A stretch of DNA of 64,000 nt, from sequence record MH791398.1; one strand, 5' to 3'. The notes under the pieces were generated by a model. That model did not search any database, was not told the DNA's origin, and saw nothing but the letters and a program-made list of their open reading frames with translations. The first letter of the stretch is position 1. Each line of letters begins with the position of its first letter. Both the position numbers and the translations under genes were made by a program. This document shows, one piece after another, positions 16,266 through 24,632 of this stretch.

Positions 16266-18124
16266 GTTGACGGTTGAACTCCATATGAATATTGCGGTTG
16301 ATCTGGTCTAAATTCACCAAAGCCAGACGGTAGAACGGAATTCATACTGTTATATGTAGTATTATTTACAGCAGCCATTAAAGCACCTTCTTGTCGTCGT
16401 GCGTCTCGTTCTTCCTTTTCACGTTGTTGTTTAGCTCGGAATTCTTCAACCTCTTGGTTCCTTTTCTCAAGGGTTTTAAATACAGGCTCAGTTTCACCAG
16501 CCTTAATTTCATTCCCTAATTTAGATTCCGGTTGAGCTTCATTAGCATTAGCTTTTCCAAACAATGATCCAGTAAGACTTTCCCAAGCACCCTTAGCAGC
16601 ATCAACACCCTTATCTAACAGCTCGGGATTCTCTTTGGCGAAGTTATACAACTCATAAGCCATCAAGCCAGCACCAACAAAAGGAATTGCTCTACCAGCG
16701 ACACGTACCGCCATACCGGCACCAGTCAATGCGCTTTTTGGTATAAATTTAGAGGCTGATTTTGCAGCATCGGCAGCAACAGACCAACCTTTTTTACCAA
16801 GATCCGCCGCCTTTGACAAAATACCAGCTTTCCCTTTAGGGGTAGGTGTCTTTGTTTTAGGGGTCTCTATTTTTGCTGGTTGTCCGGGTTTAGGTTCCGG
16901 TGTGGGTGTCTTCTTTCCATCGGGTGTTGTAGTTTTTGGAGACTTCTTAGGATCCTTAGACGCATCGTTTGGATTAACTCCGCCAGACGATGGTGTTTGG
17001 GTCTTACTTCCCAACCCCGGTATCTTATCAAACAACCCAGAGAACTTAGCAATTAAACCACCAACAGCAGCAGATAGGGCACCCGCAATCATAGGAGCCA
17101 AACCAAGAACCGCACCAGATAGAACACTGATACCAGAAACAAGGCCACTAAGAACAAACCCAACACCACCAATCAATTTACCGATCAACATGGACATCTG
17201 GATACCTTTAAGAACATCGATTAAGCTTTTATGACGCTTTTCGTTGTTCTCTCGTTCTCTTCCATTTTCTTGTCTTTCTTTCTTTTGTTCTTGGTTATTT
17301 CTATCTGTTTTTACTTTGTCTTCGGGTTTGTTTTGTGGGATCTGCTGGAATCTAGAAGTAGCATCAGCCTTCTTCTCTTCATAAGCCGCATTCGCTTTTG
17401 CATCTAATTTCTTTTCCTTACGTGCGTTATGTGCATCGATAATAGACCCACCAACAAACTTCGTTGCATTAGCGGCCTGATTATAACCGGGAATAGTTGA
17501 TAACAAATCGTTTATGGTTCCAGTAACCATACCGATACCAGCGGACATAGTATGACCAAGTATTTTCGCTGTTGCTGATGTTTCTGATTTCTTCATTCGG
17601 TCAACTATATTAGCTTTTTTTGCTATCTCTCGAACAAATTTACCAGTTTTTTGATTTTCTTCTTTGAAATTTTCCACAAATTCACGACGATCACCAACTT
17701 CGCGTTGTATAAATTCTTTCAAAGTCTCCCTAGTGTCCTCCTGCATAGGTTTGGCAGTTTCCCCCTGTTCTGGGTTCTGACTTTTTACACCTTGGCTATA
17801 ATCCACTAGGGGTTGTTTATTATTTAAAATGTCTTCTAGTTGCTTTCGTCTAGCTGAAACTAATTCGTTTTCAACCTTATTACTACGCTTATTATCCTTT
17901 CTGGCACCTTTTATCTGGTTCGCTAATTTTTCTTGTTCTTGTGCGACTTCCAGACTGGAATCAGAAGTAATATCATAAGACGCGGTAAGGTCTTTTGTTG
18001 AGTTGGACAACTTTTCTGTCTTGTCGTCCAACTTAAGCATCGAATCAGAAACAATATCCATAGCATCAGTGACATCTCGAACCGATTTATCAAGTTCGTT
18101 CTGTTTCTGCTTGTCAATCATCAC
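16262..18124 (-). CDS. 29: Tape-measure / baseplate hub gp29-like protein
   Basis: 620 aa, charged helical regions plus Gly/Ala-rich hydrophobic segments; position between gp26/51 and gp3. Confidence 0.65.
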   Translation of the reverse strand: MMIDKQKQNELDKSVRDVTDAMDIVSDSMLKLDDKTEKLSNSTKDLTASYDITSDSSLEVAQEQEKLANQIKGARKDNKRSNKVENELVSARRKQLEDILNNKQPLVDYSQGVKSQNPEQGETAKPMQEDTRETLKEFIQREVGDRREFVENFKEENQKTGKFVREIAKKANIVDRMKKSETSATAKILGHTMSAGIGMVTGTINDLLSTIPGYNQAANATKFVGGSIIDAHNARKEKKLDAKANAAYEEKKADATSRFQQIPQNKPEDKVKTDRNNQEQKKERQENGRERENNEKRHKSLIDVLKGIQMSMLIGKLIGGVGFVLSGLVSGISVLSGAVLGLAPMIAGALSAAVGGLIAKFSGLFDKIPGLGSKTQTPSSGGVNPNDASKDPKKSPKTTTPDGKKTPTPEPKPGQPAKIETPKTKTPTPKGKAGILSKAADLGKKGWSVAADAAKSASKFIPKSALTGAGMAVRVAGRAIPFVGAGLMAYELYNFAKENPELLDKGVDAAKGAWESLTGSLFGKANANEAQPESKLGNEIKAGETEPVFKTLEKRNQEVEEFRAKQQREKEERDARRQEGALMAAVNNTTYNSMNSVLPSGFGEFRPDQPQYSYGVQPST

Positions 18125-18295
18125 TTAGTCCTTTTCTCTCGCCTGTTCTTTAAGATCGTTTAGGTAGAGGTGAACATAAACACCAAATTCAAAGGGGGTC
18201 ATATCCTCAAGGTCCGAATGGCTCCATCCATCTTTTCTAAGCTTATATACCGTATTAAAATGATCGTATATGGTATGGTTAACAAGCGTTATGCG
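18125..18295 (-). CDS. 51: gp51-like C-terminal extension, probably reached by -1 frameshift from gp26
   Basis: 56 open codons RITLVNH...WSHSDLEDMTPFEFGVYV; the only in-frame ATG lies inside the conserved motif; frame begins at the TTTTTTC heptamer. Confidence 0.7.
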   Translation of the reverse strand, partial: RITLVNHTIYDHFNTVYKLRKDGWSHSDLEDMTPFEFGVYVHLYLNDLKEQAREKD

Positions 18296-19074
18296 AAAAA
18301 ACTTTCTACCCCTTTAAGTGTAACAATTTCTTGGTGTCCACATTTTTTACACTTTACAGGTATATTTAGAGTATGTTGGGGGAGGGATGTTACAAATTTA
18401 CCCATTTTTGTCAAAGCAACTGAATCGGCGTATTCCATAATTTCAGAAATATCCTCATACGGAATATCAACACCAACCTTAACAACCTGATCTCCCATAT
18501 GAACTTCGTCAATACAGCGATTGATTAAGTTAAACAAGTCGGACTCAACTTCTACGTTGAAATATTCAACCTCGCTGATATTAGGATATCTCATATAAAC
18601 TGTCATGTTCTCATTCAGAACAATTTTGTTATCTGGCGCATCAGACAATTTAGCGTTATTCAAGTTTACGTTTACTTTAATATCAGAACCACAACGAACA
18701 ATTTCACCATATTGGTCATATTGAACATTACCATCTTCATCGAGAATTTCGTTGGCGCAAGTAAACATAACCGGGACAGTTGGACTTGCTTTTGATAACT
18801 TATACAAAGCTAGATAAACTGCTTCCAAGTCAAACACAGGTAAAAGGTCTACATCAACATTATCAGTTAGGATACAGTTTTTTACGATTTGAATGATCGC
18901 ATCATCGATTCCAGTATTGGCTTCGTTAGCCAACATCAACAGTTTCATTTCTTTCATCAAAAAAGCACGAACCTTGATCTTCCTACCATCTGATAAAGTC
19001 ACATTGGTCTGTTGTACGTTTTTCTGCATAGCAGCAAGAAGTACACTCTTGTCAATCGTGGTTTTGTTTGTCAT
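18289..19074 (-). CDS. 26: Baseplate hub assembly protein gp26-like
   Basis: KVRAFLMKEMKLL, LPVFDLEAVYL, Cys pairs (TC...RC; CKKCG), ends LKGVESFFA. Confidence 0.82.
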   Translation of the reverse strand: MTNKTTIDKSVLLAAMQKNVQQTNVTLSDGRKIKVRAFLMKEMKLLMLANEANTGIDDAIIQIVKNCILTDNVDVDLLPVFDLEAVYLALYKLSKASPTVPVMFTCANEILDEDGNVQYDQYGEIVRCGSDIKVNVNLNNAKLSDAPDNKIVLNENMTVYMRYPNISEVEYFNVEVESDLFNLINRCIDEVHMGDQVVKVGVDIPYEDISEIMEYADSVALTKMGKFVTSLPQHTLNIPVKCKKCGHQEIVTLKGVESFFA

Positions 19075-19147
19075 AGTTAAAAATCCCTTATAGATCTATA
19101 CTTATTTAGTACATTGTAACATGATGTTCTTCAAGACTTAATCTTAG

Positions 19148-19270
19148 ATAGTTTCACTTGCAATCAAACTATAAAGTCTCTATAAGTATTTATATAGAAA
19201 ATCTATAATTAGAAAGTGTGTGAGCGAAGCGAACAGGCGGCTACGCCGTCTCACTACGTTCGAGATCTAT
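19148..19270 (+). repeat. Origin/ssi-like element, copy 1
   Basis: Inverted near-identical copy at 61359-61479; 51-bp core 19220-19270 is identical. Confidence 0.85.
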
Positions 19271-19277
19271 AGATATG

Positions 19278-19302
19278 AAAAAGCCACCCCGTAGGATGGC
19301 TT
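19278..19302 (-). terminator. Terminator after gp54; near-identical to the one after inh (61848-61872)
   Basis: AAAAAGCCACCC-(C/A)GTAGGA-TGGCT. Confidence 0.7.
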
Positions 19303-19306
19303 AGTA

Positions 19307-20248
19307 TTAACGAATGGCTTTCACAACGCCTGTAGTACGTCTTATGATACTCTCTATAGAGTCGATGGTGTTCTCTTCACCCTTAGTAGGAACATGCACT
19401 GTGGTTGATACAGCGAATGTGACGGTAAAGGTTGCTACCTGAGAATTGTTCTCAAAATCTAGTTGAACTTCACCTACCTCTATGGGAAAGCACCCTGTAT
19501 TATGTACAGTGGATTGCTTAACTCCATGACGGTCTAACGTGATGACGTCAATATCCTTTGCATACGTATTATAAAATCCAAATTGTCCATTTCTTGGGTT
19601 GACAATTGTATTCTGCCATGTTAGCATCAAAGAACGTTCCTCGTAAGAAGGGGAACAGTAAAACGTCATACTCATGGTTCCGTAGTTTCTACCTCTAACT
19701 TCGTGTCTAGGTAGTTTGTCTGTACGGTTGATTGTCGTTTCCAAAGTAGAACTAGGAAGACCGACACTCTTTACCATTAATGCTAGATCTCTGTTTACAT
19801 CGTAATCAGTTCCCAAAAATCCATCAAGGATCTCTCCTGCTCCCGGTATGATCCGGATCAAGGACGGGTCCCAAGCACCAAAAATCTTCTTCATGCTAGG
19901 CGTGAGGATTTTGTGTGCTTGTCCCAAAGCAATGTCCTGAACTCTATGCCAAGCATAACTTGTACCAGAGAAAAGACTATCATTGACGTCCATCCCGCTA
20001 CTTGAATCAGGAAATATTGGTAAATCCCTATCAAAAACACCATCACTGAATATAGAGGTTCGGAAATCTCCGAACCTTACAATAAACATGTTTGGTCTAG
20101 CCAGATCAGTATTTTCAACTTTCCGCATAAACCTAGTTAGGTCGGGGATCTCGCTTGCATCCCCACCATCGTTTAATAAATCTTCACCAAACCCGATAGT
20201 ACTATCTATCATACTATCTATGGTTGGAATAGGTGGTATTAAGTTCAT
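19307..20248 (-). CDS. 54: Baseplate tail tube initiator gp54
   Basis: DLARPNMFIVRF, LMVKSVGLPSS, PIEVGEVQLDFENNSQVATFTVTF. Confidence 0.88.
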   Translation of the reverse strand: MNLIPPIPTIDSMIDSTIGFGEDLLNDGGDASEIPDLTRFMRKVENTDLARPNMFIVRFGDFRTSIFSDGVFDRDLPIFPDSSSGMDVNDSLFSGTSYAWHRVQDIALGQAHKILTPSMKKIFGAWDPSLIRIIPGAGEILDGFLGTDYDVNRDLALMVKSVGLPSSTLETTINRTDKLPRHEVRGRNYGTMSMTFYCSPSYEERSLMLTWQNTIVNPRNGQFGFYNTYAKDIDVITLDRHGVKQSTVHNTGCFPIEVGEVQLDFENNSQVATFTVTFAVSTTVHVPTKGEENTIDSIESIIRRTTGVVKAIR

Positions 20249-21246
20249 TAGTATGATCTCCAAACGGAATTCGTATTATAGGTCTTCGGAGGAACACCAG
20301 ATACAAACCGTTGAGTCGGTAGATTAATGACAGAACTCCAATCCTGCGGTTTAATCTCCATTAATGGACCCTTAATATGACCCGGCAAATACGCTTTGAT
20401 CATATGGTCTGCACCTCTCATTCCCTTAACCTTACCCCAGTTGATATTTAGGGATGTACGGTTGGTAATCCTCTCTGTGGTTGCATGTTTCAGCAACTCT
20501 TCCATAAATTCTTTACGGGCTTTGATCGGGATATAGTGAAGGTTGAGACCCAACATCAAACCTTTGTGTTTTGCACTTAGGCCAAGATATACGATCAGGG
20601 GGAATTTATCCCAGTATGGTAGTGTTGCCTTATGTTTTGCGTCATATGCGAAAGTATACAATCGCCCAGCAATTGGTCTTGTTACTTGGTGACCACGAAC
20701 GTTTTTCTTTATGAAATTGTTAAACCATTCCGTTGACTTCTTCTGAGACTTTACAGGCTCTTTTTCGTGTTGTCTTACTTTATTTCTAAAGTCAGCCAAC
20801 AACATCTGATATTTTTCGGCTTTAGATAGTTTTCTTCCGCTTATTTGCGCATCTTTTAACTTCTTAGCCAGTAGAATATCTTGCTTGAATCTTCTGAATG
20901 CCCGCTCCGTGGTTTCTTTATTAAGTCCACGTCCTTCAATATAATTTTTTAGAGTAATACTACTCTTTTCTTTTTGTGTCAAATAATCAACACCAAGCTC
21001 AATCCATTGTTGTTTATTCTTGTTTGGGTTTACCAGAGAATAATAAGTCTTTATTTCTTCTCTGTGTCTGCGCATAGCTCTACTGAATGTTTCATAATTC
21101 AACCCTTTTTCCTCTGCATATTTCTTTGCAGTAAGACTTGGGTTCTTTTTCTTGGCGTTCATATAATCAACACCAACATCAATCCATTGTTTTCTATTGC
21201 GTTTTTCTGTTGTGGACTCTGCACGTTCAGTTATTTCGAATATCAT
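20248..21246 (-). CDS. 2: DNA end protector gp2
   Basis: GRLYTFAYDAKHKATLPYWDKFPLI...GLNLHYIP. Confidence 0.95.
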   Translation of the reverse strand: MIFEITERAESTTEKRNRKQWIDVGVDYMNAKKKNPSLTAKKYAEEKGLNYETFSRAMRRHREEIKTYYSLVNPNKNKQQWIELGVDYLTQKEKSSITLKNYIEGRGLNKETTERAFRRFKQDILLAKKLKDAQISGRKLSKAEKYQMLLADFRNKVRQHEKEPVKSQKKSTEWFNNFIKKNVRGHQVTRPIAGRLYTFAYDAKHKATLPYWDKFPLIVYLGLSAKHKGLMLGLNLHYIPIKARKEFMEELLKHATTERITNRTSLNINWGKVKGMRGADHMIKAYLPGHIKGPLMEIKPQDWSSVINLPTQRFVSGVPPKTYNTNSVWRSY

Positions 21247-21713
21247 TTAGTAAGTCCTTTGAAACCCATTGCTCTCAATGAGTCCTCATTAATTATATTA
21301 AATCTCCACCCTTTTTTCTTGCATAATTCAGCGGTGGTTTTCCATTTGTCGTTATTGACTTGCCATGTATACACAGCTTGAATATAAGCATTTTTTGCTT
21401 TTAATGTATTTCTTTTTGGTGGTACTGGTGGAAAACATTCTTTTTTAGGCTTAACTTCCCAGAGAGAAATAGAACCGTCGGACCACTGTATCCACATATC
21501 CATAAAATAACGTCGTTTCTTTCCATCTGCATTAGAAAAATACGGAATGACCATACATTCGCTGTTCCAATATCTAACGTCTGGATTATTATCCAACATC
21601 TCCATTATATACTTTTCCCACGAACTACGGTAGGTAACCTTTTTTGGGTCTCCTTTATATTTTTCTCTATTCTTTACAAAGTATTGACCTTTGTATGTAT
21701 TATTTCCGGCCAT
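21243..21713 (-). CDS. 4: Head completion nuclease gp4
   Basis: KYKGDPKKVTYRSSWE, RRYFMD, EVKP, NNDKW. Confidence 0.95.
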   Translation of the reverse strand: MAGNNTYKGQYFVKNREKYKGDPKKVTYRSSWEKYIMEMLDNNPDVRYWNSECMVIPYFSNADGKKRRYFMDMWIQWSDGSISLWEVKPKKECFPPVPPKRNTLKAKNAYIQAVYTWQVNNDKWKTTAELCKKKGWRFNIINEDSLRAMGFKGLTK

Positions 21714-21734
21714 AATAAATTCTCCTATTTGTTT

Positions 21735-21757
21735 TATTTAGGGTTTGCCCCTAAATA
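21735..21757. promoter_or_regulatory. Back-to-back divergent late promoters
   Basis: TATTTAGGG-TTTGC-CCCTAAATA, a perfect 9-bp inverted repeat between gene 4 and gene 48. Confidence 0.8.
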
Positions 21758-21782
21758 CAAGTAAACAACATGAGGTTTAAAA

Positions 21783-22841
21783 ATGAAAGTTAATATTCTC
21801 AATGGGGTTAACCGAGCTACTGGTGGTAGTTTCAACCCACTCACTGACACTAAGTCAGAGGGAACTGATCTTATTATAGAAAATAAAAACTCTAAGAAAC
21901 CCGGTATAAAGGCTTTACAGTACCCATTAACCATGAAGGGTAGTGACAACAAACACTCTTCCTATTTAGTTTTCTATGCTGTGAAACCAACAAATGGGGG
22001 GCTTAAAAATAGTGATATCCACGAACGTTCTATGAGGTCTGTTAAGGGTAAATTCAACGAAGAAACCCTAGCCGTTATTCAGCTATATATGCCAAACATG
22101 AACGAAAACATTAGTCATAATTATGAAGATAACGATGGTGGATTCCTTCAAGATATAGTTATGAACTACCAAGCCAACGCATCAGAAAGAGATGGAACAT
22201 TGGATAGCATTGCAAACGGTGGTAAAGCCGTTGTAAACGCGATGGCTCAAAAGGTTATCGTCTCCACTGGTGGTATTGCACAGCGATATAATTCTCAGGT
22301 AACTGGTAATTTGCTTGGTGATCGAGCCGCCCAAATGTATCGTGGTACTGGTGTACGTTCCCAAACATTTATATTTCAATTCCGACCAAGGTCTATGGCA
22401 GAATTAAAAGAGGTTGGACAAATAATCAAAACTTTTATGGTTCTTAGTGCGGCTGAAAATAAAGGGGCTGTAGATCTTGCTTCTCTTGGAATTGGTACTG
22501 ATTCAGAACTTGGTGCGGGTGAAGGGTATACTTATCTCGAAGTACCCCCTTTGTGGTTTATAGAAGAAAGGGTAAGTCAAAGTCAAGAACAGAAGATTAG
22601 ATTTACACCTAAATTCGCAATGGGTCCAGCCGGTATTAGTAATATCCGGATCAACAAAACCCCAGACCAAATATATGATACATTCGCGTCAACGGCTGCG
22701 GATTCCGTCGCAATAGATCTAGAAATAACTGTTACAGAACTTCGTCCGGTTTATCGCGATTACTGGGAAGCTCTTACATCAGATTTGGGCAATCCTGATT
22801 CTGGTGAATTCTTCTTCGGTTCGTATGGAGGTAAGAGATAA
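21783..22841 (+). CDS. 48: Baseplate tail tube cap gp48
   Basis: LQYP, IQLYMP, RSQTFIFQFRPRSMAELKEVGQII. Confidence 0.85.
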   Translation: MKVNILNGVNRATGGSFNPLTDTKSEGTDLIIENKNSKKPGIKALQYPLTMKGSDNKHSSYLVFYAVKPTNGGLKNSDIHERSMRSVKGKFNEETLAVIQLYMPNMNENISHNYEDNDGGFLQDIVMNYQANASERDGTLDSIANGGKAVVNAMAQKVIVSTGGIAQRYNSQVTGNLLGDRAAQMYRGTGVRSQTFIFQFRPRSMAELKEVGQIIKTFMVLSAAENKGAVDLASLGIGTDSELGAGEGYTYLEVPPLWFIEERVSQSQEQKIRFTPKFAMGPAGISNIRINKTPDQIYDTFASTAADSVAIDLEITVTELRPVYRDYWEALTSDLGNPDSGEFFFGSYGGKR

Positions 22842-23407
22842 TGCTATTTAACTATTTTCCCCCTATAAAATATAATGGGGCTCCAACTGCTGATATATTT
22901 CGTCCACATGGAAACTATTTTGATGATATTTTAAGCAAATTCATTGTAAGAAAATATATCGTCTCTGGTTCTCCTAGACCAGAAGTTGTTTCCTACGATT
23001 TATATGGGGATACGAAATATTATTGGATCCTACTATTTCTTAACCAAGTATACGATCCTTTTTATGATTGGATATGTGAAGAAGAAATAGTTCATCAATA
23101 TACAGCGCAAAAATATAAAAACCTACCAGCAAAAGAGGGAACTGTTTTATATCATATTGATGAAAATGGTGAGATGTATTTTCGTATGAAAGAATATCCG
23201 GTTGGTTCTGGTGTTTGGTATGATGAAGGGGATACCGCTCATCTATATAAACAGTATGTCGGGACTTTAGTCCCTGTTACTGCCATAGAACATGAATTAG
23301 CAACCAACGAATCCAAGAGAACCATAAACGTTTTAAATCCGTCAGATTTGGGTAGGTTTATGGATGAATACACAAGATTAATGGAGCGTATCCGTGGGAA
23401 TAAGTAG
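22841..23407 (+). CDS. 53: Baseplate wedge gp53
   Basis: SPRPEVVSYDLYGDTKYYWILLFLNQVYDPFYDW. Confidence 0.92.
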   Translation: MLFNYFPPIKYNGAPTADIFRPHGNYFDDILSKFIVRKYIVSGSPRPEVVSYDLYGDTKYYWILLFLNQVYDPFYDWICEEEIVHQYTAQKYKNLPAKEGTVLYHIDENGEMYFRMKEYPVGSGVWYDEGDTAHLYKQYVGTLVPVTAIEHELATNESKRTINVLNPSDLGRFMDEYTRLMERIRGNK

Positions 23408-24632
23408 ACGCAGTACGGCGGCGTATGAAAACTTTACCATTGAGCGTATTGTTTTCTTTCAAAGCTTGGATAGTGAAGGGTTTGATATAACTGATATATT
23501 CAAATCCTTCTCCATATATGAAGGGATTAGTCAAGGGTTGCTGAAAGGCACCCTTGAATTTGTTGATTTCATGAATTTAATAAACTCAATTAATCCAAGA
23601 GGTGATGAGAAGGTACAAATAAGTTTTAGATCCGTACATTTAAACGGGGTGGATGCAAAAACGTATTCTAAAATATTCAAAGTTACTCGTTACGAAGATA
23701 TTACAAACCCAAATACACAAACTCAAAAGTTTGTAAGACTTCATCTTGTATCCGAACAAGATCACAAGAATGAATATAGTCGGATCAGTAAAAGTTATAA
23801 AGGGACATCCATTCATGCAATCGTTTCTGATATGCTCCGGGTGATTGGGTTCACTGACGAAACCATATTTGTCGAACCAACGCTTTATAACCGGGATATT
23901 GTAATCCCAAATTTAACACCGATATCAGTTATTAATTTCTTAGCTTCTTCTGCACAATCATCAGATGTTAATTCAAAGGGTGATAGTAATTTCTACTTTT
24001 ATGAGGATGTAGATGGAGCCAAATTCAGAACTGGTACATCCATGATGGTTGGAGACCCGGTTGTTGACCTGATATTCGAAGCAACCCACGACACTACAAT
24101 GTATAACAAGATAATCAAGATGCAGCGTGTTAAGGGATACAACATACCAGAACAATATAGGAATGGTGGTTTAGGCGTTAACGTTCATTCGATGTCTTTG
24201 GATAAAAAGCTTTATACAAATAATTATCAGGACTATACGTCTGTAAAAGATGTATATCCAACACTAAACCCAGAACCGTGGTTTGGTGGTGATATAAAAC
24301 CAGAAAGAAATGCATGTGTTTATTTCACAACAGAAGACCAGATGTATAAGTATATCAATATGGGTTCAAATGGTAACTCTCTTGGTATAAGAGCAACAAA
24401 CCGAACATCACTAAACGCAAAAAGAATGCTTATTCAAGTTGCCGGTAATTCGGACCTGAGTTGTGGTCAGGTGGTAAATATTATTGCTGGTGATATGAAT
24501 GGTGAAATGACATCAAAAGATGCAGGGCGCTGGCTTATCAACTCAATAAATCATGTCTGTACACAGGGCTCTTATATCATGAACTTAGAATTGATATCTG
24601 ATTCCGATACTAGAGGGAAGGATATACAATGA
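23394..24632 (+). CDS. 27: Baseplate hub gp27-like
   Basis: FSIYEGI...G.LEFVD, FYFYED..G..F, GRWLINSINH; directly upstream of gp5. Confidence 0.78.
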   Translation: MGISRRSTAAYENFTIERIVFFQSLDSEGFDITDIFKSFSIYEGISQGLLKGTLEFVDFMNLINSINPRGDEKVQISFRSVHLNGVDAKTYSKIFKVTRYEDITNPNTQTQKFVRLHLVSEQDHKNEYSRISKSYKGTSIHAIVSDMLRVIGFTDETIFVEPTLYNRDIVIPNLTPISVINFLASSAQSSDVNSKGDSNFYFYEDVDGAKFRTGTSMMVGDPVVDLIFEATHDTTMYNKIIKMQRVKGYNIPEQYRNGGLGVNVHSMSLDKKLYTNNYQDYTSVKDVYPTLNPEPWFGGDIKPERNACVYFTTEDQMYKYINMGSNGNSLGIRATNRTSLNAKRMLIQVAGNSDLSCGQVVNIIAGDMNGEMTSKDAGRWLINSINHVCTQGSYIMNLELISDSDTRGKDIQ

